Origin: an uncultured virus (IMG/VR IMGVR_UViG_3300046524_000154)
Lineage: Duplodnaviria; Heunggongvirae; Uroviricota; Caudoviricetes
Virus record (IMG/VR): IMGVR_UViG_3300046524_000154
Length of the DNA: 64,000 bases
Strand: one strand, 5' to 3'
Below are positions 35,882-45,446 of the stretch, piece by piece. The position numbers were made by a program, and so were the translations under genes. Numbering within the stretch: the first letter of the stretch is position 1; each line of letters starts with the position of its first letter. The notes under the pieces were generated by a model. The model was not told the DNA's origin, made no database searches, and saw nothing but the letters and a program-made list of their open reading frames with translations.

Positions 35882-36154
35882 ATGCCAGATGTAGCAGACA
35901 GCGCGAACGACACGATGGAGTTGGAGCTGAACGCCAGCCTGTCGTTGCAGCGCAAGCAGCGCGAGAAGATCGCTAAGGATCGTCGCGAGTACGAAGAGAA
36001 ACACGCCGAGCGCGGAGAGTGCCTTAACTGCAAGGAGCAGATCGCAGTGGGCACGCTGTACTGCCCACCGCTCGACGCGGCAGCGAAGAAGTCGGAATGC
36101 CAGCAAGACCACGAAGCACGGACCAGCAAAAGGAGCCAACAATCATGGGCGTAA
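35882..36154 (+). CDS. TraR/DksA-like C4 zinc-finger protein
   Basis: N-terminal DVADSA (DxxDxA); CLNC...YC...ECQ. Confidence 0.75.
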   Translation: MPDVADSANDTMELELNASLSLQRKQREKIAKDRREYEEKHAERGECLNCKEQIAVGTLYCPPLDAAAKKSECQQDHEARTSKRSQQSWA

Positions 36155-36420
36155 GACAAATTTGGGACGGCAAGGACTTGCCGCCCGTCGGTAGCGAAGT
36201 GTTGATCAAATTGGCTTCGCAGAAAGAGCCGTACCCGATGCAGGTGCTCGGCCACACAGCTGACTGGAGCGCGGAGATGCGCGCGTTCCGCGTCAACGTG
36301 CAGCTCTCGGCCAGCGACGGCACAACGAACATGCGCTCGCTGCAGGACGTGTACCCGATGGACTGGCGCGGCGAGATGCCGGTCGGGCATGCCGGGAGAT
36401 TCAAGCATGTTGGAGAGTGA
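36145..36420 (+). CDS. hypothetical protein
   Basis: AAGGAG RBS; WDG..LPPVG motif. Confidence 0.7.
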   Translation: MGVRQIWDGKDLPPVGSEVLIKLASQKEPYPMQVLGHTADWSAEMRAFRVNVQLSASDGTTNMRSLQDVYPMDWRGEMPVGHAGRFKHVGE

Positions 36421-36925
36421 CGACAGCGTCGCCTTCACCGCCTGGCGCGACGACCGCGCCAGGCGGAAGAAGCAGGGGCAGAAGGGCAAGGCCAGCGAGA
36501 ACACAGTCAAGAAATGGCTGCAGGCCGAGCAGCTCAAGCGAGGGATGGAGTTCGCCTGGGATCGCCCGGTCGATACGCGCGAGGCAGGTGGGGTCGTCAA
36601 GGCTGTGATTGGCGACTACGACCTGATGTTCGCGGGGCGGCTGCTGACGATGGAAGTGAAGGAGACGGGCTTCGATGATCTGCCGTCCAAGAACTTCAAG
36701 CGTCCGCAGATCAACCGCCTGAAGCGCCGCACGCTGGCCGGTGTCCAGGTCGTCGTGCTCGTGCATCACACGGGCGACCGTGACCGGTGGGTAGTGATGC
36801 CCATCGAGCCTTTCTTCCGCAACGAGAAGGGCAACTTCCAGACCGACGGGTATCCCACCTACCCGACAGCCAAGGAAGCGCTTGACGCAGCAACCGAAAA
36901 GCTGTTCAATCACACCCCATATTGA
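36407..36925 (+). CDS. RecU-like Holliday junction resolvase (PD-(D/E)xK)
   Basis: GK..E, GDY...MEVKET, Q...L motifs; start uncertain. Confidence 0.7.
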   Translation: MLESDDSVAFTAWRDDRARRKKQGQKGKASENTVKKWLQAEQLKRGMEFAWDRPVDTREAGGVVKAVIGDYDLMFAGRLLTMEVKETGFDDLPSKNFKRPQINRLKRRTLAGVQVVVLVHHTGDRDRWVVMPIEPFFRNEKGNFQTDGYPTYPTAKEALDAATEKLFNHTPY

Positions 36926-36969
36926 AACGCCAGAATCGAGGCGACTGAAAATGTCGCCGGGAGAACAAC

Positions 36970-38487
36970 ATGAGTACCCTCGCCCCGGACGCAATCGCGT
37001 CCTTTCAAGGTCTGTCGCCCGAGCAGAAGACCGAACTCGACAAGATCCTCGCCTGGATGGTGCGCCGCGACCCGCGCCAGAAAGGCGGCGACGAACTGAG
37101 GTGGCTGAAGCCGCAGTTCAAACTGCCGGCCGACGCAGCCGAGTGGTTCGATGACAACCCCGACGACTACTATGTGCTGCGCGGCTTCGCCGGCGTCGGC
37201 AAGACCGTGCTCGTCGGCGAGCTGATCATGGAAGCGTCGGCCAACGACTGGTCGCTCGCTGTGACGGCGCCGACGAACAAGGCCGTCTCGATCCTGCAGG
37301 AGAAGGTTCGCGCGATCGCCAGGACGCGCGTCGTCAACGCCACGTTCAGCTCGCTGCACAGCGTCTGCGGCCTGCGTATGGTCGAGTCCGATGACGGCGA
37401 GCTGAAGATCTCCAGCACCGGCTACTCGAAGTTCGACGGCGTCAACCTGCTGGTCGTCGACGAAGCGTCGATGGTCGACACGAACATGCTGCTGCGCTCG
37501 ATCCAGAGCAGCCGTGGCCGCACGCTGGTGCTGTTCGTCGGCGACCCGGCGCAGCTGCCCCCTGTGATGGAGGGCGGCCTCACCAAGGTCTTCTCGCTGC
37601 CGCAGAAGGGCACGATGACCAAGATCGTGCGCCAGGCCGAGGGCAACCCGCTGATCGAGGCGTCGATGTTCATCCGCCGCAAGAACCGTATCGAAGACAT
37701 GATGAACGCGCCGACGCTCGACGAGCAGCAGCGCATCATGGACTCGCTCGGCCCGGACGACCGCGTGCAGGTCAGCGACCTCATGGACATGCTGCCGGCC
37801 GACTGGTTCGTGCGCCGCAACCGCCTGCAGGGTATCGGTACCGACATGCAGCGTGAGGGCCGCGACGCGCGCATTCTCGCGTACACGAACCGCGCGGTGC
37901 TCGACTACAACCGCGAGATCCACTTCGACCTGCACCCTGAGTCCGTGCCGCTGCAGTACGCCGTCGGCGAGCGCGTGATCGTGCAGTCGGCCACGAAGGG
38001 CGAAGACATCGATACAGGCAAGGACGTAGATCTGCTGACGAGCGAAGAGCTGGTGATCGAGCACGTCGAGATGTCCGAGCACCACAAGTACCCCGGCTTC
38101 ACGAGCTACCTGATGGTGCTGAAAGACGACCTCGGCAACTACGTGCGCGTGTACACGCCGAAGCTGATCGCAGCGTTCAACACGCGCCTCGGCGAGCTGT
38201 TCGATGAGGTGCGGGACGCGAAGGAGGTGTATCACCGAGATCCGCGCAACCCGAAGTTGAAGGAGCAGTACACGCAGGCTCGCAACGCTGCGTGGCTCTA
38301 CAAGAACAGCTTCGCAGACATCCGCCACACGTATGCGATGACCACGCATAAGTCGCAGGGCAGCACGGTCGACACGGTCCTCATCGATCTGCCGAACATG
38401 ATGACGATGGCGACGACGTTCCAGTTCAACACCGCTTTGTACGTGGCAATCACCCGGCCGCGTTTCGAAGCAATCATCGGCTACTAA
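36970..38487 (+). CDS. Dda/RecD-like SF1B helicase
   Basis: GFAGVGKT, APTNKA, DEASM, GDPAQLPPV, VRQ, YAMTTHKSQGST, YVAITR. Confidence 0.92.
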   Translation: MSTLAPDAIASFQGLSPEQKTELDKILAWMVRRDPRQKGGDELRWLKPQFKLPADAAEWFDDNPDDYYVLRGFAGVGKTVLVGELIMEASANDWSLAVTAPTNKAVSILQEKVRAIARTRVVNATFSSLHSVCGLRMVESDDGELKISSTGYSKFDGVNLLVVDEASMVDTNMLLRSIQSSRGRTLVLFVGDPAQLPPVMEGGLTKVFSLPQKGTMTKIVRQAEGNPLIEASMFIRRKNRIEDMMNAPTLDEQQRIMDSLGPDDRVQVSDLMDMLPADWFVRRNRLQGIGTDMQREGRDARILAYTNRAVLDYNREIHFDLHPESVPLQYAVGERVIVQSATKGEDIDTGKDVDLLTSEELVIEHVEMSEHHKYPGFTSYLMVLKDDLGNYVRVYTPKLIAAFNTRLGELFDEVRDAKEVYHRDPRNPKLKEQYTQARNAAWLYKNSFADIRHTYAMTTHKSQGSTVDTVLIDLPNMMTMATTFQFNTALYVAITRPRFEAIIGY

Positions 38488-38523
38488 GCCACCAACCGCT
38501 CCTTTCCCACCCAAGGACGCAAC

Positions 38524-39891
38524 ATGAAAAAGTATCTGCTGGATCAGCTCGCATCCGTGAGCGGAAATGCCCTCGACTCGAAGCTGGCTGCGCTGCTCTC
38601 GCACAACAGCGCTGAGGGCGACGCGCTGCGCCGTTACGTGACGGCTGTGCTGGACCCATCCGTGACCTACGGTATATCCGGGTCACTCGTGTGGGCCAGC
38701 GGCTCGCGCGAATGGGACGAGAGCTGCTACACGCTGCTCGACTCGCTGGCGCAGCGACGCCTCACCGGCAACGCCGCGAAGATGGAGCTGGTGAACTTCG
38801 GCCAGCACTACAGCGCTGACGCGTGCGAGTTGCTCAAGCGCGCGCTCGACAAGGATCTGAAGTGCGGCGTTGGTGTGAAGACCATCAACGGCCTCGGCAT
38901 CCCGTTTCACATCCCTGTATTCACCTGCGCGCTCGCCAAGCCGTTCGAAGCGAAGCGCATCAAGCCGGGCTCGCAGTGGCTGGGCTCGATCAAGTTCGAC
39001 GGCATGCGCGCGCTCGCAGTGGTGCGCGATAACAGCGCAAACTTCTTCACCCGCACCGGTAACGAGATACCTGCGCTGAAGCACCTCGAAGACGCCGTGC
39101 TCGAAGTGTTCGGCGGCCACCACGTCGTGGTCGACGCTGAAGGTGTAGGCGTGGACTTCATCGACTCGGTATCGACGCTGCGCAAGACTGTGAATGTCGA
39201 AGCACTCAAGTCGTCGACGATCCTGCAGTGCTTCGACATCATCCCGTTCGAACTCTTTGACGACACGCGCGGCGGCGATACGGTGGGCGCGGAGCTGCAT
39301 GAGCGGTTGGAGATGCTAAAGAGCTTCATGATCACAGGCACTGAGTTTCCGAACGTCCAATATCTGCGCCACTACAGGTTCGGCGACGACGCGCAGGCCA
39401 TGCTCGACAGGGCTGACGAGTGGATGGAGCGGGGTTTCGAGGGCGGCGTGTTCAAGAACGCAGCGTCGCGCTACAGCAAGAAGCGCTCGGCAGACTGGCT
39501 GAAGGTGAAGGGTGAAGATCCGTTCACGATCGAGATCCAGTCGGTGTACGAAGGCGAGAAGGGCGGCCAGTTCGAAGGCCAGCTCGGCGGCGTCACCGGC
39601 AAGGTCAACGGCGTGCCATCGAACATCGGCGGGGGCTGGAGCGCGTACGAGCGCGCGGCGATCTGGGCTGCGCATAGCGGCAAGCCAGTGACGATGCGCA
39701 GCATCAAGCTGAACAAGTCGACCGGCCTGCGTGAGGTGACTCACGAGGTGGTTCAGCCTGACCCGAAGAACTACGTGATCGGCCGCCTGATCGACGTGCT
39801 GGCGAATGGCCGCATGCCGAGCGGCGCGCTGCGTCACGGCCGGAAGGTGAAGTTCCGCGATCTGATTACGACACCGGGGGTGATGGCATGA
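38524..39891 (+). CDS. ATP-dependent DNA ligase
   Basis: KFDGMR (motif I), DAE, FDI, FEGGVFK, WLKVK. Confidence 0.92.
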   Translation: MKKYLLDQLASVSGNALDSKLAALLSHNSAEGDALRRYVTAVLDPSVTYGISGSLVWASGSREWDESCYTLLDSLAQRRLTGNAAKMELVNFGQHYSADACELLKRALDKDLKCGVGVKTINGLGIPFHIPVFTCALAKPFEAKRIKPGSQWLGSIKFDGMRALAVVRDNSANFFTRTGNEIPALKHLEDAVLEVFGGHHVVVDAEGVGVDFIDSVSTLRKTVNVEALKSSTILQCFDIIPFELFDDTRGGDTVGAELHERLEMLKSFMITGTEFPNVQYLRHYRFGDDAQAMLDRADEWMERGFEGGVFKNAASRYSKKRSADWLKVKGEDPFTIEIQSVYEGEKGGQFEGQLGGVTGKVNGVPSNIGGGWSAYERAAIWAAHSGKPVTMRSIKLNKSTGLREVTHEVVQPDPKNYVIGRLIDVLANGRMPSGALRHGRKVKFRDLITTPGVMA

Positions 39892-40502
39892 GCGCAGGCA
39901 TCCGCAAAGACATCATCACGTTCAGTGGCCGCTACTTCGATTTCACGAACATCTCGCAGAACAAGATCGAGATCGTGGACATCGCTAAAGGCCTGTCTAA
40001 CGTGTGCCGGTTCGCAGGTCAATGCGACAGGTTCTACAGCGTAGCCGAGCACAGTGTGCTGGTATCGCGGATCGTGGAGCGTGCAGGCCGCAGCTGGCGC
40101 GTCGTGTTCGCAGCGCTCATGCACGACGCGAGCGAGGCGTTGCTGGGCGATATCACGTCGCCGCTGAAGAGCCTGCTCCCGGAATACGTGGTGATCGAGT
40201 CAGAGGTTCAGACGTATCTGATAGACCGTCTGGCGCCGCTCGCCATCACTGACCACCCGTTCATCCGGGTCGCCGATCTGATCGCTCTTGCAGTCGAGCA
40301 GCGCGACGTGATGCACAACACGGACGTCTGGGGCGCGCTGACCGGCACCTACGGCAACGAGTTGATTGCGCAATTCAACATCCACGAGTCGCTGATGCCG
40401 GAAGGCGCGTACGAACTCTTCCTGAACCGCTACACAGAGTGCCTGGTGAACTCGGGCCGTAACGCACCGCAGGCATTCCTGCCGCTGGGAGAAGCACGAT
40501 GA
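39888..40502 (+). CDS. HD-domain 5'-deoxynucleotidase (YfbR/YfdR-like)
   Basis: CRFAG...YSVAEHS...LMHDASEA.LGDI.SPLK...AD. Confidence 0.88.
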   Translation: MSAGIRKDIITFSGRYFDFTNISQNKIEIVDIAKGLSNVCRFAGQCDRFYSVAEHSVLVSRIVERAGRSWRVVFAALMHDASEALLGDITSPLKSLLPEYVVIESEVQTYLIDRLAPLAITDHPFIRVADLIALAVEQRDVMHNTDVWGALTGTYGNELIAQFNIHESLMPEGAYELFLNRYTECLVNSGRNAPQAFLPLGEAR

Positions 40503-41581
40503 TCGTCATCAATGACATCCACCTCGACCCGCACCGCACGGGCGGCACCACGCCGCTGTCGTTCGCGATGCTGGTGAACTACACGCACGACTGCTTCGAG
40601 CAGCTTCTCGACGTGGTCGGCGAGCAGCCTGAAGGCCAGCGCGATCTGCTGGTGAACGGTGACCTGTTCGACGGCTTCACAGTGTCGAACAACGTCATGT
40701 CGCGCACGTTCGAAGCGCTGAACCAGCGCCTTGGCAGCGGCGTGATCGAGCGTCTGTACTTGTCCCGAGGCAACCACGACATCTCGAAGAACAGCGAGAA
40801 GCTCTCCAGCTTCGACCTGCTCGGCGAGTTGCTGACCGCTGCGCACGGAGTCAAGGTGATCGTCATCACAGACTACGAAGTTGTAGTAACGAGCGCCGGC
40901 CCTGTCTGGGTGTTGCCGCACCTGCCGAATCAGGATCTGTTCGACGCTGCGATCGAGGACATCTGTGCGAACCCTCGCCCGTACCTGTTCGTGCATGCGA
41001 ACTACGACAACGGCTTCGCAGAGGAAGCGGACCACTCGCTGAACGTGTCGAAGGTGCGGGCTGAGAAGCTGCGCAGTGCAGGCGTGAAGTCCCTTGTGTT
41101 CGGCCACGAACACCAGCCGCGCCAGGAAGCGAACGGCGTGTTCGTCGTCGGCAACCAGTTCCCGACATCAATCAGCGACTGCCTCGGCAACAGCGAGAAG
41201 CGAATGCTATTGGTCACGCCTGAGTCGATGACGACGATGGCTACGTGGGAAGACAAGGGCAGCTATACCGAAGTCGACTGGCACAAGCTGGACACGGTGT
41301 CGCCTGACGTGTCGTTCATTCGCGTGAAGGGCGAAGCCACCGCCGAGCAGGCAGCGGACGTGCTGGCCGCCGTCTCGTCGCTGCGCAAGTCGCACAACGC
41401 CTACGTCATCACCAACGCGGTCGAGGTCGATGGCCGCTCGATGGACGTGAGCGCGCTGGAAGCGGTGGAGAACGTGCAGCGCTTTGACGTGATCACGTTC
41501 CTCAAAGACAACCTCACGGCTGAGCAGGCTGCAGCTGTCGATGCCATTGTGGCGACGCGCAAGGAAACCGAAGATGCTTAA
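40499..41581 (+). CDS. sbcD: SbcD/Mre11-like nuclease
   Basis: DIH, GDLFD, GNHD, GHEH metallophosphoesterase motifs, upstream of an SMC ATPase. Confidence 0.88.
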   Translation: MIVINDIHLDPHRTGGTTPLSFAMLVNYTHDCFEQLLDVVGEQPEGQRDLLVNGDLFDGFTVSNNVMSRTFEALNQRLGSGVIERLYLSRGNHDISKNSEKLSSFDLLGELLTAAHGVKVIVITDYEVVVTSAGPVWVLPHLPNQDLFDAAIEDICANPRPYLFVHANYDNGFAEEADHSLNVSKVRAEKLRSAGVKSLVFGHEHQPRQEANGVFVVGNQFPTSISDCLGNSEKRMLLVTPESMTTMATWEDKGSYTEVDWHKLDTVSPDVSFIRVKGEATAEQAADVLAAVSSLRKSHNAYVITNAVEVDGRSMDVSALEAVENVQRFDVITFLKDNLTAEQAAAVDAIVATRKETEDA

Positions 41582-43760
41582 TTCCGTACACCTCACCAAC
41601 TTCCGCCAGCACACGGACAAGCTGGTCAAGTTCAACTCGGGCAACACCGCGCTGCGCGGCGAGAACGAAGCAGGCAAGACGACCATCATCGAGGCGGTGA
41701 TGTACCTGATGGGCGGCACGAAGCGTTGCCGCAACTCTGACTTCACGACGTGGGGCGCCAAGCCCAGCTCGACGAAGGTCGAGGGCGTGTTCACGTTCAA
41801 CGGGATCACGGTGCGCGCCACGCGCGGCCCGAAGGGCGCTGAGCTGTTCGTGCCGGCCGACGCGAAGAAGCCGACGATCACCGGCCAGAACGAAGTCACC
41901 GCGTGGTTCACGGAGCAGTTCGGTGCGCCGCTGGAGATCGTCGAGAAGATGTCGTTCGCCGGCCAGAAGGAGATCGGCGGCCTGCTCGACGAGGGCAACA
42001 CCAAGGCCGTCGAGTTCATCGAGAAGATGAGCGGCCTGGACATCGTCGAGTGGATCATCGGCCAGATCGAAGCGAAGGGCGAGTGCGGCCCGACCGGCTC
42101 GCTCGATGACCGCATCGCATCGCAGCGTGAGCAGCTGGCGCAGGAAGAGAAGGTGAACTTCGCGGACGCTATCGAGCAGACGCAGAAGCTGATCGACCCG
42201 CTCGGCGAGCAGCAGACTGAGCACACGGCGAAGCTCAACGCGAAGGTGCAGCCGCTGCAGGAGGCACGTACCGCGCTGCGCGGCGTCACCCAATGGCTCA
42301 CGACCGAGCATCAGCTGCACCGCAGCCTCGCCAAGGCCACTGAAGAAGGTGCTGAGGCTCTGGCCAAGTTCGCTGCCCAGCAGGCCGCTGTAGGGGCTCT
42401 CCGCACGTATGAGGCCATCGAGGCGGATCTGGCGCAGCTGCGCGAGAAGCAGACCGGTGTCGAGAGCTGGAACGCGACGGCAGCGGCGAAGCGCAAATTC
42501 GACGCGTACGTGGCGCCGGAAGTGGAGTGGAGCGAGACGGGCGAGGAAGGGCTGCGTGCGTTCATCGCTGAACACCGCAATGCGATGGCACACCGGCAGT
42601 CGGACATGGAGACTCACCGCAGCGCTCGCGCCGGCTTCGAAAAGAAGATTGCTGTCGCGCAAAGCCAGAAGATCACGTCGAGCGCGTGCGGTCTGTGCGG
42701 CAAGGATGTCAGCGAACTGCCCGAGGTCAAGGCGAAGAACGACGCACTGCAGGCCCAGATCGCCGATTGGTACGCGGACATTGAGACGCTTGACCGTTCG
42801 ATGGCCGACACGCGGGCAGCGTTCGACGAGGCGAAGGCCAACGTCGAAGCTGGCGACGACATCGCTCGCACGCAGCGCTTCGAGCTGGCCTTGCAGTTCC
42901 CGAACCTCTTCAAGATCGACTCGACGTTCGTGCCGTTCCGCGTGACTTGGATCGGCCCGGAAATCGATCTGACTGTTGGCCCGGCAGACCTTGCGCCCGA
43001 GATCGGACGCGTGAGCAGTGAACTGAAGGCGCGCGGCGACGCAGAGGCTAGGCTGTCGGCGTGCATGACGGTCTCCGACGGCGCCAGCAAGCGCCTCGCC
43101 GACGCGAGCAAAGAGCTGGCCGCGCACCGGGCGAACAAGCCTGCGCAGACCGAGGACGAGATCAACAGAGTGATCGAGACGCTGGAACAGGAGATCGCCA
43201 CGCTGCGCGTGAAGTCGCAGGAACTGGCCTCGAAGATCGGCGAGCTGCAAGGCCAGATGAAGTCGCTGGTCGACAGCGAGAAGCGGCAGCAGGCGTCCAT
43301 CACGCGCCTGAAGCAGCAGATCGCGGCCGACGAGGAAAAGGCTGCGCGGTACCAGTTCAACAACGACCTGATCGCAGCGCTGCGGCGCGCGCGGCCGGTG
43401 GTCGGCAACCAGCTTTGGTCGATGATCCTTTTGTCCGTGTCGACGTACCTGTCGCGCATGCGGGGCGAACTGTCCGAAGTGACGCGCGAGGGCAAGACGT
43501 TCCTGATCAATGGCAAGCCGTACACGAGCTACAGCGGCAGTGCGCTCGATCTGCTTGGACTCGGTATTCGTATCGGCCTGACGAAGGTGTTCGTGCCGGG
43601 CGCGGACATGTTGGTGCTCGATGAGCCGTTTAGTGCGTGCAGCGCTGAGCGGACGCTGTCGTGCCTCGCATTCGCTGCGTCGGCTGGGTTCGAGCAGACG
43701 ATCGTGGTCACGCATGAAAGCTCGTCGGAGCAGGTATTCGATCACTTGGTGGAGATCTGA
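41574..43760 (+). CDS. sbcC: SbcC/Rad50-like ATPase
   Basis: NFRQH, GENEAGKTT, coiled coils with CGLC zinc hook, YSGS, LVLDEP, VTH. Confidence 0.9.
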   Translation: MLNSVHLTNFRQHTDKLVKFNSGNTALRGENEAGKTTIIEAVMYLMGGTKRCRNSDFTTWGAKPSSTKVEGVFTFNGITVRATRGPKGAELFVPADAKKPTITGQNEVTAWFTEQFGAPLEIVEKMSFAGQKEIGGLLDEGNTKAVEFIEKMSGLDIVEWIIGQIEAKGECGPTGSLDDRIASQREQLAQEEKVNFADAIEQTQKLIDPLGEQQTEHTAKLNAKVQPLQEARTALRGVTQWLTTEHQLHRSLAKATEEGAEALAKFAAQQAAVGALRTYEAIEADLAQLREKQTGVESWNATAAAKRKFDAYVAPEVEWSETGEEGLRAFIAEHRNAMAHRQSDMETHRSARAGFEKKIAVAQSQKITSSACGLCGKDVSELPEVKAKNDALQAQIADWYADIETLDRSMADTRAAFDEAKANVEAGDDIARTQRFELALQFPNLFKIDSTFVPFRVTWIGPEIDLTVGPADLAPEIGRVSSELKARGDAEARLSACMTVSDGASKRLADASKELAAHRANKPAQTEDEINRVIETLEQEIATLRVKSQELASKIGELQGQMKSLVDSEKRQQASITRLKQQIAADEEKAARYQFNNDLIAALRRARPVVGNQLWSMILLSVSTYLSRMRGELSEVTREGKTFLINGKPYTSYSGSALDLLGLGIRIGLTKVFVPGADMLVLDEPFSACSAERTLSCLAFAASAGFEQTIVVTHESSSEQVFDHLVEI

Positions 43761-43761
43761 G

Positions 43762-43956
43762 ATGAGCACACCGTTCTGGGTTGAACTGGTGTGCGCCGGC
43801 TGCGCCAAAGCCGACATCGGGCAGTTCGTATTCAACGGTCAGATCCCAGTGAGGGCGCTGAAGAAGGAAGCGAAGAAGCAGGGCTGGCTGTTCAAACACA
43901 ACGAAGTATTTTGCAGCGACGATTGCGAAGCTGCGTGGGAAGGGGCAAGAGAATGA
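43762..43956 (+). CDS. small Cys-rich protein
   Basis: CAGC...FCSDDC; GGAG RBS. Confidence 0.65.
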   Translation: MSTPFWVELVCAGCAKADIGQFVFNGQIPVRALKKEAKKQGWLFKHNEVFCSDDCEAAWEGARE

Positions 43957-44060
43957 AGCTCTACTGGACTTTGGTCAGCGCCGCGATGGTGGGCGCTTGC
44001 CTGAACGACATCATCGGCGAAGCTGGCCGCCTGCTGGTTCTCTACTGGATGCACAAATGA
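43953..44060 (+). CDS. small membrane protein
   Basis: ATGA-coupled, hydrophobic, 35 aa. Confidence 0.45.
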   Translation: MKLYWTLVSAAMVGACLNDIIGEAGRLLVLYWMHK

Positions 44061-44266
44061 AAATTGCCGCACGACCCTACGTGCTCTCGTGCGGCGCCTT
44101 AGGTGGCCGCTCGCCGAAGACAGGCAATCGCGTCGGTGTGCGTCACCGCTGGAATGGCGGCGCTTGGGGCAAAGGCACGTGTGACTTCTGCGGCCGAACG
44201 CTGTCGCAGGTCACCGTAAAGCCCGAGCCGACCCCGACGCTCGAAAAAGCACTCAAAGGAAATTGA
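44057..44266 (+). CDS. small zinc-finger-like protein
   Basis: C...H.W......C.FC; coupled ORF. Confidence 0.6.
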   Translation: MKIAARPYVLSCGALGGRSPKTGNRVGVRHRWNGGAWGKGTCDFCGRTLSQVTVKPEPTPTLEKALKGN

Positions 44267-44267
44267 C

Positions 44268-44816
44268 ATGAAATTCAAACACTACAAGGGCGGCGAATAC
44301 GAACTCGTGACGCTCGCTACGGACGAAGCGACCAACGAGCCGCTGGTGGTCTACAAGGCGCTGAGCGATGGCACGGTGTGGTCGCGGCCGGCGAAGGTGT
44401 TCTTTGGCCGCGTATTCGTTGACGGTGGCGGGGCGATCGACCGCTTCTCTCTCACACTCCCAGCCGGCCAAGCGCTCACGTGCGACGCCGGCTGCGACTC
44501 GCCGAGGCTGCGCGTCGAGGCGTTCGAGTTCTCGCGCGAGGAAGACGCTGAAGGGCTGCTGATCAGCAGCCGAAGCAGGCCGGTGTGGGCGTGCCGCTGC
44601 GGGGAAGAGATTCACATCTACCACGAGATCGATGGCAGCGAGACGGAGCTGGACGAGCCCGCGCCGGCGCAAGTCGATCTGCCGCCGCGCGTCATCGACA
44701 AGCTGTTTCAGGCTGCGGGCGTGTCGACGTATCACCCCGACGGCGACCAGCTGGAGAAGCTGCACGCATTCGCTCACGGTGTGGCGGCCGAAGTACTGGC
44801 ACGGAGGCCCGCATAA
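44268..44816 (+). CDS. DUF1653-domain protein
   Basis: FKHYKGGEY..V..A..E.T.E.LVVYKAL....WSRP..F. Confidence 0.8.
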   Translation: MKFKHYKGGEYELVTLATDEATNEPLVVYKALSDGTVWSRPAKVFFGRVFVDGGGAIDRFSLTLPAGQALTCDAGCDSPRLRVEAFEFSREEDAEGLLISSRSRPVWACRCGEEIHIYHEIDGSETELDEPAPAQVDLPPRVIDKLFQAAGVSTYHPDGDQLEKLHAFAHGVAAEVLARRPA

Positions 44817-45430
44817 TGGCCCGAATCCTGGTCGGCTGCGAATACTCAGGCGTCATGCGCGACGCATTCATCGAGCGCGGGCACGACGTGATCTCGTGCG
44901 ACTTCGAGCAGCCCGAGGGCAAGTACACCGACCGGCACTATCGCGGCGACGTGCGCGACCTGCTGCAGCCCGGACGCTTCGATCTCGGGATCTTTCACCC
45001 GTCGTGCCAGTACCTGTGCAACAGCGGCGTGCGTTGGCTGCACGAGCGGCCCGAGCGCTGGGATCTGATGCGCGAGGGCGCGGAGTTCTTCAAGCTGCTG
45101 CTGAACGCCGACATCCCGCACGTCGCGGTAGAAAACCCGGTCATGCATAAATACGCGGCCGAAATCATCGGCGAGAAACTGACGTTCTCGTTGCAGCCGT
45201 GGGAGCACGGCGAGGCCGAGAGAAAGCGTACGTGCTTCTGGCTGCGCAACCTGCCGCCGCTGAAGCCCTCCAACATCGTCGCCGGGCCGTACGGAAACAA
45301 GGTGCATCACGCGTCGCCCGGCAAGGACCGCTGGAAGATCCGCAGCCGTACGTTCGACGGCGTCGGTCTGGCCGCTGCGGATCAGTGGGGCGCTTACGTT
45401 GAACAACAATTGCTGCTCAAAGCAGCCTGA
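44816..45430 (+). CDS. phage DNA cytosine methyltransferase-like protein
   Basis: LVGCE.SG..RDAF...GHD..SCD, HPSC (usually HPPC), ENP, K.TC.WL, RSRTF. Confidence 0.65.
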   Translation: MARILVGCEYSGVMRDAFIERGHDVISCDFEQPEGKYTDRHYRGDVRDLLQPGRFDLGIFHPSCQYLCNSGVRWLHERPERWDLMREGAEFFKLLLNADIPHVAVENPVMHKYAAEIIGEKLTFSLQPWEHGEAERKRTCFWLRNLPPLKPSNIVAGPYGNKVHHASPGKDRWKIRSRTFDGVGLAAADQWGAYVEQQLLLKAA

Positions 45431-45446
45431 CTCAAGGACCGAAACC

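Noticed and set aside
26147..43835. Very long minus-strand ORFs (26147..29080, 32420..35785, 36910..38604, 41514..43835), and similarly the plus-strand 56554..58149 and 61750..63585
   Set aside because: They are antisense shadows of genes with strong GC3 bias and have no motifs or RBS.
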